Shown in pieces: positions 29,261-38,809 of a stretch of 64,000 nucleotides of DNA; within the stretch, counting starts at the first letter, position 1, and each line of letters begins with the position of its first letter. The stretch spans positions 26,242 to 90,241 of the IMG/VR virus record IMGVR_UViG_2791355164_000001. One strand, 5' to 3'. The translations under genes were made by a program, and so were the position numbers. The notes under the pieces are model-generated. The model searched no databases, was not told the DNA's origin, and saw only the letters and a program-made list of their open reading frames with translations. Source of the DNA: a virus. Lineage: Duplodnaviria; Caudoviricetes.

Positions 29261-29719
29261 TTAGTCCTGCGTCCACTTCTCGCCCGTATCAGCACACTCC
29301 ACGCCATGACACACGCGCCCCTGATCCAGACGGTAGGCCATGCCGCCCAGCTTTATGCGCTTGCGGCAGTGCTGCGCGCCTGACAGGTAGGCATGCGGAA
29401 CGGCGGAGTCAATCGCCCCTTCCTCGGTGCATAAGCCGTCCTCAGCGTCGCTGTACCCGCGGGCAAACTCGCTCAGCACTTCGCGCCGATCCTCAAAACG
29501 TATTGTCTCGCCCCGGTCCAGGCAGCGGGTGTACTCAATCGCGCCGTACTTCGCCAGAGTGGCAATAGTTTTGGGGTGTCTGAATATCTCCTCGCCCCAG
29601 TAATGCCCGGTGCAGGAGTCAACGTAGGAGCCGTTGGAATAGGTGCCGATAGGATTAGAGACGTCGTGTGCGGTCGCCACTGCGACAAAGAAGTTAACGA
29701 CGTTGCCGGTAACAGACAT
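29261..29719 (-). CDS. Hypothetical protein
   Basis: Coupled to upstream ORF. Confidence 0.55.
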   Translation of the reverse strand: MSVTGNVVNFFVAVATAHDVSNPIGTYSNGSYVDSCTGHYWGEEIFRHPKTIATLAKYGAIEYTRCLDRGETIRFEDRREVLSEFARGYSDAEDGLCTEEGAIDSAVPHAYLSGAQHCRKRIKLGGMAYRLDQGRVCHGVECADTGEKWTQD

Positions 29720-30051
29720 TATTGCCCCGCAAAAAGCCGCTGGCGGCTGCTGAACGTGGGTTTACCCTGCTGGCTGAATGCGTCGTCCACCAGCCCGACA
29801 AACCCGGCAAATTCCTTTCTGTAATACTCCAGTAGTTTATTTGCGGCGCGGTCGGTGATGTTGGAAACGTAGAAGCAGGCGCTGTGTCGGTCGCAGTAGG
29901 TCTTATCGAGGGTCAGCAGCGGGGCTGCTTCTGACAGGGTGCTTACACCAAACTCCACCAGCGCAACTCCGCCGCGCATAATGGCGGTAAAGCTCAGCTG
30001 GTGGGCGTCTATGTCAAAGGTGCGGTGCAGCAATATCTGTTGTGTGGCCAT
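29719..30051 (-). CDS. Hypothetical protein
   Basis: ORF downstream of cre, operator-like site at 30114-30126. Confidence 0.5.
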   Translation of the reverse strand: MATQQILLHRTFDIDAHQLSFTAIMRGGVALVEFGVSTLSEAAPLLTLDKTYCDRHSACFYVSNITDRAANKLLEYYRKEFAGFVGLVDDAFSQQGKPTFSSRQRLFAGQ

Positions 30052-30143
30052 CGTTATTCGCAGGTGCGTGACAGCCAGGATTGTGCGACAAAAGCACTAT
30101 GGTTACAAATTATATTTCTTTAGAATTTAATTAACCTAAAAGA

Positions 30144-31175
30144 TCACTCTCCGTCCAGTATTCCCGACATTTTCCCTTTCTGACTTTCAGAGCGACGGAG
30201 GTATCGCATGACGGTTTTCGGGTCTTGCCAGGTACCTTCCTGCATGATCTGCGTGATGGTCGCGTCGCGCTCCGCCATGTCCATCGCCGCGCCCACGCGC
30301 GCGCTGTGGCCGGACCATTTTGTGTAGCGCCCTTTATTATCTTTTACCGGCTCTTTCCCCAGCAGATCCCAGGCGTCTTTGAAAATCTTCTCCGTGGCCG
30401 GGGCGCTCATGGGCTTTTCCGACACGCCGGCCGTATTGTTGTGGCGGACGGGGCCGAATATCACGGCATCAGGGCAGTTAATCAGCCCGGACACGTCCAG
30501 CCAGCGCAGCAGGTGGCCAGCAGCAGATTTGCTCAGGTGCTTTATCACGCCGGCGGCAGTCACCATCGTTTTGGTGTGGGTCAGGTTAACAATTACATGC
30601 CCACTTACGTCGATATCCAGATCGCGCACCCGGATGCGGCTCAGTTCAGACATACGGCACAGGGTGTTATAGGCCAGATACAGGAACGCCAGATTGCGCA
30701 TATCGGTGAGTTTGTCAGACCGGCTCATGAGGTGCGACAGCAGCTGCAGATCCGAAAGCCGGAACGGTATGGCCTGCCCGGTGCGCTCGCCGCCCACCAC
30801 GGCCTCGCGCTTGATGCGCTTCATGGCGCGCTGCACGTCCACATTCAGCAGCAGCTGCGGCAGGCCGCACTGCTTGCAAAGCATGTTCATCATGGCGTAG
30901 TGCTTTTCGATCGTGCTCGATGCAAGCCCGCTTTCCGCCATAGACAGAAAGTAAATGCGGGCCAGCTCCGGATCGATTGGCAGATATGACAGGCCGCGCG
31001 CGTTGCACCACGTCGCCCAGCGGCGGATCACCGAAAGCAGGTCGCGGAATGTATTCTCAGAATACGCGGCTTTGTCGGCAATAAAGCGGCGCAGGTTATT
31101 AGCAACGTCCTGCGGCGTTAATACGGTTAATTCCGCCGGAATAACACTGCTTTTAATTTCCGCTAAATGTTTCAT
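30144..31175 (-). CDS. cre: Cre-family tyrosine recombinase
   Basis: 343 aa; AYSENT, GERTGQA, AYNTLCR, TKT, WSGHSARVGAA, VMRY. Confidence 0.95.
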   Translation of the reverse strand: MKHLAEIKSSVIPAELTVLTPQDVANNLRRFIADKAAYSENTFRDLLSVIRRWATWCNARGLSYLPIDPELARIYFLSMAESGLASSTIEKHYAMMNMLCKQCGLPQLLLNVDVQRAMKRIKREAVVGGERTGQAIPFRLSDLQLLSHLMSRSDKLTDMRNLAFLYLAYNTLCRMSELSRIRVRDLDIDVSGHVIVNLTHTKTMVTAAGVIKHLSKSAAGHLLRWLDVSGLINCPDAVIFGPVRHNNTAGVSEKPMSAPATEKIFKDAWDLLGKEPVKDNKGRYTKWSGHSARVGAAMDMAERDATITQIMQEGTWQDPKTVMRYLRRSESQKGKMSGILDGE

Positions 31176-31376
31176 CTATATATTTCCCTCAAAAACAGCA
31201 TGACGTCGCTACGCAAAATCTATCAAAACAGCAGGGGTGGAGTTCGTCAGATTTCACGTAGCGACGCCAGGCGATTGTTCGTTGCCGCTTCGCTCAGAAT
31301 CTGTACAAAATGCCACGATTTGCACCAACTGATCATTTGATCATCCAACTACTGATCAAGCATACATGAAAGGCAC

Positions 31377-31410
31377 CAAACTTTATATAATGTTTATTAT
31401 TTAAAGTTTC
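31377..31410. other. lox-type recombination site (34 bp)
   Basis: CAAACTTTATATA-ATGTTTAT-TATTTAAAGTTTC: 13-8-13 layout, arms 11/13 complementary, upstream of cre. Confidence 0.85.
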
Positions 31411-31688
31411 CCATTCCGGCCAAAATCGCGCAATGTCTGGTCTGAGGGTAAACTAAATCGAAAATTTTTAGAAAAGCATGCGTTTTCTTCGTGATCGGCT
31501 GCATGCCTTCATATATGATCATTTGGCATTCAATTTTGATTGCGGCTGGTAACTGTTATCATCTGAAACCTTTGGGCGTTACATCGCGGGCGATGTAGCA
31601 GTACCGGCACGAAACCCGAGCTTATTAAATGACGTGTACAGCAGATATATCCGACAGTTAAGGATTACGGACTATTCTTATTATTGCC

Positions 31689-31703
31689 ATTCTAAGGATT
31701 TGC
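31689..31703 (+). promoter_or_regulatory. Putative operator upstream of repressor gene (autoregulation)
   Basis: ATTCTAAGGATTTGC, identical to reverse complement of 27149-27163. Confidence 0.65.
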
Positions 31704-31791
31704 AATTTTACATGCCTTCCTTTTCTGTCTATATTCGCGCTCATTAAGTCCAGAGAGACTGTTGGCTCATTACATTTTTGGAATAACTATT

Positions 31792-32868
31792 ATGCCTAAC
31801 TTCAGCGACCTAGAATTTGAAAAGCGCTACAAACAATTTCTGCAGGTTCAACATGACTGGCTGACTCTCATTACGGACAATAAATTCTTTTCTGACACTA
31901 ACGCGGTGGGTGAAGAGTGCCGTCCGGCTGGCCTTCTTACCGATTCATCACAGTTTCAGCATGCCCAGCACCTGCTGGCTGAATGGCAGAGTTTTGCCGA
32001 CCTGGCAGAAGAAAAGCGTAAAGAGCGCAGTATCGCCATTACCACAAACCTTTATCTGCCTGTTCCAGTACTGCTGATTAATCCTGCATACGTTCAGATT
32101 GACCGTTTTCGCGCTACAGCGACCGCTAATCATAAGCGTGAAGATATCCTGATGCGCTATGAAAAGCAGATCGGCAAGCTTAAGAAGATTACCCACGCTT
32201 TCGGTGCAATCATGACGCTGGAAGATGAACGTAAGTACTTTGAGGCTGCACCGGTTGCTACCGTGTTCCGCGCCCGTACCAGCACCTATACCGATATCCA
32301 GGTAAGCGTGCGTCATACAGCAGATCAGCAGGAAGTTGATAAGTTCCGCTACGGCGCGCACGGTATGCTTATCATCGGTGACGACCTCGCGCTGGGGCGT
32401 AATATCAAACTCAACGTGAGCGTATCAAACACCAAAAGCTCACTGTACGACTTCATCCAGCCTATTCCGTGCTCCGTTCTGCCGTCCGCGCAGGTCTACA
32501 CCCTTGAGGACGTGGAGCTGGGTAAAAAGATGGTTTCGCAGCGGGCGTCTGTTGCCTATGCCGTTAAACAGCGTCGCTATCAGTTTGATAAGCGCGCGAA
32601 GGAAAAGATGGCGCGGGCAAAAGGTCCTGAAGAGGCGCGTGCTATCAGCCAGGAAATTGAAACCGGACGCGAAGTGCTGGAACTTATGGACGCACACGAC
32701 TTTGAACTGCTCGACCGGAAGCTGGCCGCAGGGGATGAATCGCAGCTTACCATGCTGCAGATCCGCGAACGCTACGGCAATGAATCCGACCGCACCGGGA
32801 AAAATATCCGCAACATGCCGGAATTTCTCGCAAAACTGATTGCTAAAGAAGAGAAGAAGGGCAATTAA
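31792..32868 (+). CDS. Probable primary repressor (P1 C1 position)
   Basis: Between lox and pacB, convergent with pacB as in P1; operator upstream; mainly a positional call. Confidence 0.55.
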   Translation: MPNFSDLEFEKRYKQFLQVQHDWLTLITDNKFFSDTNAVGEECRPAGLLTDSSQFQHAQHLLAEWQSFADLAEEKRKERSIAITTNLYLPVPVLLINPAYVQIDRFRATATANHKREDILMRYEKQIGKLKKITHAFGAIMTLEDERKYFEAAPVATVFRARTSTYTDIQVSVRHTADQQEVDKFRYGAHGMLIIGDDLALGRNIKLNVSVSNTKSSLYDFIQPIPCSVLPSAQVYTLEDVELGKKMVSQRASVAYAVKQRRYQFDKRAKEKMARAKGPEEARAISQEIETGREVLELMDAHDFELLDRKLAAGDESQLTMLQIRERYGNESDRTGKNIRNMPEFLAKLIAKEEKKGN

Positions 32869-32929
32869 TAAGCGGTAACGGGTAACAGAAAGGGCGCACA
32901 AGCGCCCTTTTTTATTGCCTGGCTGGTGG

Positions 32930-34441
32930 TCACGCCAGCAGCGCGTCCAGTTCCTCCAGCTCTTTGAGTTTGCTCTCCGCGAAATCTGCCATGCCTTCGT
33001 CAATCTCTGCCTCTGCCGGACGATAACCAATCAGGAAGATAAAGCAGTATGTGTCCCAGCGGTCAGGCGACTTGATGTTGAGTTTCTGTCGCATCTGAGG
33101 CTTCGGCACCATCATGATCCTCCCCATTTCATCCATGTAATACGGTATCTTTGATCCCTGCTCCGCCGTGTGCTGAGAGGCGTCTATACGCATCCTGCCG
33201 GAGCGGACAGCATCAGCGGCCATGATGTTCGCCCAGGCGCGCTGGTTCTTGAAGCGCTCGCGCACCTTCTTACTGAACGGCGGTTGCCCCCAGCGGATAT
33301 TGACCGCATTCACGCCCCGGCGCTCCAGCTGCTTCAGCGTGGCAGAGCCCACGCCGTCACCATCGACGGCAATCGTGATCCCCGGATAGCGCTCCTGCGT
33401 ACACTCGTTAGCGACGAAGTCACCGAAAGATATTGGGTCCATCGTGCCAGGCATTTCCACCAGCTTAAACGACACCACGCGCCGCGCATCACCATGCCCA
33501 GACACCCTGCAGATATTGAGTATCGACTTATCGCGCCCATTACCGACGTCAGCGGTAGCCACCCAGCCCCAGCCTTTCTCCAGGTATACTTTGCGCCGTG
33601 CGGCGCGATCGCACTCGTCACGCCCCAGCAGATAGCCGCTGATGTTGCGCGGGAAGCGCCCCAGCACCTTCACCATGTACTCCAGAGAGTCACGCCCGCC
33701 GTACTCCAGCAGCTTTTCCCTGATGAACTTCAGGGTAACGTGCGGCGCCTCTTCAGAATTGAGGACAATGGCATTCCAGATCCCGTCCGGGTTATCGGGG
33801 TTACGGGCTAATGAGTGGTGCGAGTCATAGAAATAGCCGCTTGGCCGCGTGGGCTGCGACATCATCAGCATGCGGTTATCGGTCTCTGTCAGCGCACCAC
33901 GCATGATAGCTATCGCTTTATCAGAAATACCTGACGCTTCATCGAGGATCAGCAGGATATGCGCGGCGTGCTCGCCGGCCAGCGCTTCTTCGTTACCCAG
34001 GCGGAAGCCCTTACAGAGCACTTCCCATATCCCCTTACGCGACTTCTCATAAAACATGGTGTCCGTCAGGGTGAAGTAGTTCTGCAGCCAGGGGTGACGT
34101 TTAGCGGCGTTAGCCCAGTAAGTTTTGACGTATTTGAATACGCCCGTTTTAACCTGCCCGATTTTGTTGGCCACGATGATTACGCGCGCATCCGGGAACA
34201 TGATCATGTAAATCAGCAGCATCATAGCCGTCAGGGATGATTTGCCGGTACCGTGGCCGGACGTTACCGTAGTCTGGCTTCCGGTCTCCTGTACGGAGTT
34301 AAGTATCTCTTCCTGCTGCCAGGTGGGGATAAGGCCAAATAGCTCGACTACTGCCGTCGCCCAGTCATAGCGATAGCGGATCACCATGTCGCGCCAGCGC
34401 GGGTCGGTGGTGACGCTCCTGATGCGTTTTTTGCCGCTCAT
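32930..34441 (-). CDS. pacB: Terminase large subunit PacB
   Basis: SGHGTGKS Walker A, ILDEASG Walker B, SPDRWD nuclease motif. Confidence 0.93.
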   Translation of the reverse strand: MSGKKRIRSVTTDPRWRDMVIRYRYDWATAVVELFGLIPTWQQEEILNSVQETGSQTTVTSGHGTGKSSLTAMMLLIYMIMFPDARVIIVANKIGQVKTGVFKYVKTYWANAAKRHPWLQNYFTLTDTMFYEKSRKGIWEVLCKGFRLGNEEALAGEHAAHILLILDEASGISDKAIAIMRGALTETDNRMLMMSQPTRPSGYFYDSHHSLARNPDNPDGIWNAIVLNSEEAPHVTLKFIREKLLEYGGRDSLEYMVKVLGRFPRNISGYLLGRDECDRAARRKVYLEKGWGWVATADVGNGRDKSILNICRVSGHGDARRVVSFKLVEMPGTMDPISFGDFVANECTQERYPGITIAVDGDGVGSATLKQLERRGVNAVNIRWGQPPFSKKVRERFKNQRAWANIMAADAVRSGRMRIDASQHTAEQGSKIPYYMDEMGRIMMVPKPQMRQKLNIKSPDRWDTYCFIFLIGYRPAEAEIDEGMADFAESKLKELEELDALLA

Positions 34442-35751
34442 TCTGCGCCATCCTTGTCTTTCATAACGGATAGCGCATCGGTCATAACGGATTCATCGTC
34501 GGACATAACGGATATCTCCGGCGGGATATCGTCGTCGTACAGGTCAGCAGTAGCCGCATAGTCAAAATTGCCGCTCAGATTGGCCTCGCCTGCGGTTTCG
34601 CCGGCGCGCAGCTCTCCGTCTGCCTGGACGTCACCAAACCCGCCTTTGTCCACCAGCGCGGCAACTTCAGCGCGACGTGTCTCAACAAAGGCAGCGGACG
34701 CGGCCTGCTGCCGGCGATACTCCTGCGCCTCCAGTTCCAGCTCCGCCTCGCTGACCTGGCCGCTTTCATCTACCGGCGGTTCAGCGTTCTTAAGCTCGTT
34801 TTCGAGACGTCTGGACAGAGACTCAGGCAGTTTGATGCCGTGGCGCTCGATGTACTCTGCCGTCTGCAGCAGATCCCAGTCCTCCGCCTCTCGCAGCTGG
34901 TATGCGCGGCTGATAACCTCGCCGGCGTTATGCGTCAGCGCATGCTTCTCATTGTCGCGCCGGTTCTTATCGGTACTGCCGGCGATTGCCGCTACCCGGG
35001 TAGCGTGGTCATTGACCAGATAGCCGACCTCGATCATCAGCTTGGTCATTTTCAGGATAGGGTGTGGTCCGCCGCCGTCGTCCTCCTCCCCCTTCTTTTT
35101 GCCGCTGGCCATGTTGTCGGCCTCAAGCTCAAACAGCTCTACCGCACGCGCCGTGGTGCGCTTGAGCATGTCCATGTGCGCCAGAGAGTCAAACAGCGCC
35201 GTCATGGCGCTGGCTTCCAGCCCCTCGCCCAGCACCTCTAACGCCGCTTCATAATCCTGTGGCCGCGGGTAGGCACGCCGGTTGGCGACCAGCTTAGTTT
35301 CATGGCCTTCCTCAAAGGGTTTACCCTCGCCGCGGGGCTTTGCGGTGTGCTTCGGGCGCCCGTCACTTTGATCACCGTCATTTATGATCTTTTTGGCATG
35401 TGAAGCATTGGGCTTTTTCTTCCCGCCAGGCTGCGGCGCTGCGTCAGCGCGTGGTTCCAGCACCCCCTCTAAAGCCGCGCTGTGCCTGAGTTTGCGCCCG
35501 TTCCGGCGTATGGTGAGGTCGTCTTTTCTGGTGTGATCATTTTGATGATCAGAAGCGTGATCACCCGAATGATCATGATTGTGATCACCACTTTGATCAC
35601 CCATCGCGGCCAGCGCTTTACCGTTCAGCTCCCGACGGGCCGTGTTGAATGGCAGGTCATAGTACTCGCAGTACTCTTTGACGGTTATTCCGCTCTCGGC
35701 CTTCTGCTCAATGAAAGCCCTTCTGTGTTCATCCCAGTTAACTTTGGACAT
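34438..35751 (-). CDS. pacA: Terminase small/DNA-recognition subunit PacA
   Basis: N-terminal HTH (FNTARREL), coupled to pacB, contains TGATCA array. Confidence 0.85.
   Translation of the reverse strand: MSKVNWDEHRRAFIEQKAESGITVKEYCEYYDLPFNTARRELNGKALAAMGDQSGDHNHDHSGDHASDHQNDHTRKDDLTIRRNGRKLRHSAALEGVLEPRADAAPQPGGKKKPNASHAKKIINDGDQSDGRPKHTAKPRGEGKPFEEGHETKLVANRRAYPRPQDYEAALEVLGEGLEASAMTALFDSLAHMDMLKRTTARAVELFELEADNMASGKKKGEEDDGGGPHPILKMTKLMIEVGYLVNDHATRVAAIAGSTDKNRRDNEKHALTHNAGEVISRAYQLREAEDWDLLQTAEYIERHGIKLPESLSRRLENELKNAEPPVDESGQVSEAELELEAQEYRRQQAASAAFVETRRAEVAALVDKGGFGDVQADGELRAGETAGEANLSGNFDYAATADLYDDDIPPEISVMSDDESVMTDALSVMKDKDGAE
35534..35599. repeat. pac site hexamers, 6 x TGATCA at exact 12-bp period
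   Basis: Starts at 35534, 35546, 35558, 35570, 35582 and 35594; further copies at 35369, 35810 and 35822. Confidence 0.8.
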
Positions 35752-35784
35752 GGTTTATCGTTCAAATGAGGCCAATAAACCAGG

Positions 35785-35806
35785 ATGGTAAGGAGTCTGT
35801 AATTTG
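35785..35806 (-). promoter_or_regulatory. Putative late promoter for pacAB
   Basis: CAAATTACA-N7-TACCAT. Confidence 0.7.
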
Positions 35807-35957
35807 CAGTGATCACAATAATGATCACTTAGTCAGCAAACAGTTTTGGTTGTGCCTTTTTTCGAGCACAAGCGCGCTTTTTTAAGTGTACAAGTGTGCT
35901 CTGTGTGATAAATTCAGTCCCGGACTTTCAATATGAAATTAACCATTGGACAAATAA

Positions 35958-37085
35958 ATGACTAAGAACAAAGCAGTTTTAGTAGCAGTGGATGCAGGCT
36001 CCGGTAACATTGCTCTGTCGTTCCTTGACGAAGCAACCGGCAAGATTAAAACCTCTGTGACCCCGGCGCTTGTGCATGAAGGCCACCAGCAGACGCTCGC
36101 TACTGAGTCACAATCTTCATGGCATACAACAGATGCGCAGGGTAAAGAGCGCACGTACACCGTCATGAATGCAGGCTATGACCTGTATGACACCTGTGAC
36201 CCTGATTACCAGGTTTCCGCTGCTCACCGCGTTCTGGTTAATGATGCGCTGGTTCGTGCTGGTCTCGGTGGCCGTGACATTATCCTCGGTGAAACGCTCC
36301 CGGTAAGTCAGTTCTACAGCGCTGCAGGCAACATCAATGAAGCGCGCATCAAACAGAAAGCTGACAGTCTGAAAACGCGTGTTGAGAACATTAATGACAG
36401 CATCAAAGCTGCAAACATCATTCACGTAGAAATCTATCCAGAGGCTGTCCCTGCCATTCTTACCGCGCAGGCTGATCTGCCAGAGCTGGCAGACGCAGAA
36501 AAGACGCTGGTAATTGATTTAGGCCGCTTCACCTGTGATATCGCCCTGGTTGACTCTGACCTGATGCCGATCCGCAGAAGTGGCTTTGAGCACGGCGTGC
36601 AGACGATGATTAAGCGTGTTCACACCCTGCTGATCGAGTTTGAAAAGACGCTGGATAAGTCGTTTAACGCCTCAGACCTGAGCTTGGACAGCGTTGATGC
36701 AATCATCCGTCAGGGCTATATCGGTTCCCGCCTGGAGAGAGCGAAAGATAAGCGCATCAATGTTCTGCCTGTTATCGATCAGGCCGCAGCTGAACTCGCT
36801 GAAACCATCATGAAAGATGTTCGTGCGCTGCACCGTAATACCCACGACATTGACGTTGTGCTGGTTGTGGGCGGCGGTGCTAACTATATCGCCGGTAAAC
36901 TGCCTGGCCTGACAGATCACACCGCTGACTGGCATGATGTGGTGGTTGTGCCAGATAACCCAGAAATGGCTATCGTGCGCGGCGTTCATATGGCGCTGAC
37001 GGCTGCAGAAGAAGAAATCCGCGACGAAATCAGCGAAGCCGCCACCGTGAGTGATATTCGCAGCAGGACTGGCGATAAGGCGTAA
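35958..37085 (+). CDS. ParM/StbA-family actin-like ATPase
   Basis: VDAGSGN, YPEAVPA, IDLGRFTCD, VGGGA actin-fold motifs. Confidence 0.85.
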   Translation: MTKNKAVLVAVDAGSGNIALSFLDEATGKIKTSVTPALVHEGHQQTLATESQSSWHTTDAQGKERTYTVMNAGYDLYDTCDPDYQVSAAHRVLVNDALVRAGLGGRDIILGETLPVSQFYSAAGNINEARIKQKADSLKTRVENINDSIKAANIIHVEIYPEAVPAILTAQADLPELADAEKTLVIDLGRFTCDIALVDSDLMPIRRSGFEHGVQTMIKRVHTLLIEFEKTLDKSFNASDLSLDSVDAIIRQGYIGSRLERAKDKRINVLPVIDQAAAELAETIMKDVRALHRNTHDIDVVLVVGGGANYIAGKLPGLTDHTADWHDVVVVPDNPEMAIVRGVHMALTAAEEEIRDEISEAATVSDIRSRTGDKA

Positions 37086-37087
37086 AT

Positions 37088-37633
37088 ATGGGAAAAATAC
37101 TGCGAATTGCGAGCCTGGAAGAAAGCGGCATTCTTAATAGCCACTTCCAGAAGGAATATGACAAGCTGCCGTCAAATGCTACCCGGCGCGCGTGTCTGCA
37201 TTCGGTTGTGCGTTCAGGTCACGCTGCTGAATTGATGGGGCTTGCACCGATGATCGCCATGCTGGAGGCGAACTTAGGCCAGAAGTTCTTAAAAATGTCT
37301 AAACAGGAGCGTCTGCAGCGACTGCTGACGTTAATCAGCGCTGTTACGGGTGAAGATGTTCCTGTTGTGGCCCCTGCGCCAGCGCCTGCAGCAGCAGCAG
37401 CTGAACCGGTAACGCCACCAGCTGAACCAGCCCCTGTGACGCGCGTTTCTTCTGTACAGGAAGTGCCACCAGCGGCTGAACAACCCGCTGAGCCTGTGCC
37501 AGAAGCCAGCGAACTCCCTGTTATTACACGGGACGAGGAAACGAACTCAACCGAAAGGCTGGATAATCCGCCTAAACAGGTTCCGTCATCGTTAACCAAA
37601 GCCCGCAGGCTGCACCGCAGCGGTCAGAAGTAA
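37088..37633 (+). CDS. Putative ParR-like adaptor with Pro/Ala-rich tail
   Basis: Directly downstream of ParM-like gene. Confidence 0.5.
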   Translation: MGKILRIASLEESGILNSHFQKEYDKLPSNATRRACLHSVVRSGHAAELMGLAPMIAMLEANLGQKFLKMSKQERLQRLLTLISAVTGEDVPVVAPAPAPAAAAAEPVTPPAEPAPVTRVSSVQEVPPAAEQPAEPVPEASELPVITRDEETNSTERLDNPPKQVPSSLTKARRLHRSGQK

Positions 37634-37650
37634 GCAAATCAGCACCCCGT

Positions 37651-38058
37651 TCACATGAGCGGGGTGTTTTCCATCCTTCCCCGCATACATTTGTCCATCA
37701 GTTCCCTTGCCATCACGCATACAGAACGCTGCTCAATCTCTTTCGTCTGCCGGCGGTGTTTCGTGGCGCTGGCTACAATCAGCGAGTCGTAATCGATATC
37801 CGAACGTCCGCGTGCTTTGAAGATGTAGCCGTTTACCGCATCCAGCCTGTACTTACGGGGATAGGCTTCAGGATGTACCCGGCATTGTGCAAACGGAGAG
37901 CGGACAAAGGAGCGCAGGATATTAGAGACGATACCGGGGTTTACTGTTAAATGCGGGTATTCTGTTTCCACCAGCCTGGTTACTTCTGCAACCGTCATAT
38001 AGCAGCGACGACGAATTAACAGATCGGCTATCTCAATACTGCTTACCTTTTTGTCCAT
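37651..38058 (-). CDS. lpa: Late promoter activator Lpa
   Basis: SSIEIAD, EYPHL, VMAREL resemble P1 Lpa; operator-like site at 38089-38101 upstream. Confidence 0.75.
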   Translation of the reverse strand: MDKKVSSIEIADLLIRRRCYMTVAEVTRLVETEYPHLTVNPGIVSNILRSFVRSPFAQCRVHPEAYPRKYRLDAVNGYIFKARGRSDIDYDSLIVASATKHRRQTKEIEQRSVCVMARELMDKCMRGRMENTPLM

Positions 38059-38410
38059 GTAGCGCTCCGGTTGAATTAAAAACACGCTATTCTAAGGTTT
38101 GTCTAATCCGTACAAGTCTTAACGTCGTCGATTTTGGATTTTTTGACAGGGCTGGCGTGTTTTCAGGAGCAATCTGACTCGGATTTACAGATCCCTTTAC
38201 TGGCTGGTGGTGCGGCATTACAGATTGGCTTTGGCTCTGCATTCCCTTACAGCGGCATAATTATCGCCCGAATCAGTACCATCATTTAATGCAGGTTTGG
38301 CGCTAATACGCACGATATCTGGAAGGGGTGTTTTAGAATCGCGGGCGTTTGTGGCGAATGCAGAGTACCGGATAGCGCTTACTATCCGGCATATTGTGGC
38401 CTGCCCGGGA

Positions 38411-38809
38411 TCAGCGGTAGCTTTTCAGAAGGTGGCTGACTGTATTTGACCAGTTAGTTACGGTGTCACGGGCTAAGCGGTGAACGACCTGGCTGTAAAG
38501 GTTATCCGGTAATGGTTCCCCGGCTTCATCCTCAAACCGTAATCCTTCTGTCGTACCTGACTTACTCATATTCACACTGTAATCAAACTTGCCCGTTGCT
38601 CCGTACATGCCTATCTGTTGCTGAGCCTGCCAGGTAAAGCGCACGCCACACCCTTTCCTGAGCTCAAACACTACGGTCCCTTCCACCAGCATCACTGACT
38701 GCTTCTCACCTGTAGGCAGTGACTTATTGCGGCATGCCACTGATGTGACTTTGCAGTGATCCGCGCGCCAGCCCAGCAGTTCCAGCCCTTTGAGTTTTAC
38801 CGTCTCCAT
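38411..38809 (-). CDS. Hypothetical protein
   Basis: Coupled to upstream ORF. Confidence 0.55.
   Translation of the reverse strand: METVKLKGLELLGWRADHCKVTSVACRNKSLPTGEKQSVMLVEGTVVFELRKGCGVRFTWQAQQQIGMYGATGKFDYSVNMSKSGTTEGLRFEDEAGEPLPDNLYSQVVHRLARDTVTNWSNTVSHLLKSYR

Noticed and set aside
34461-34513. Three 21-bp-spaced CATAACGGAT repeats
   Set aside because: Coding repeat (SVM...) at the PacA C-terminus; no sign of a separate function.
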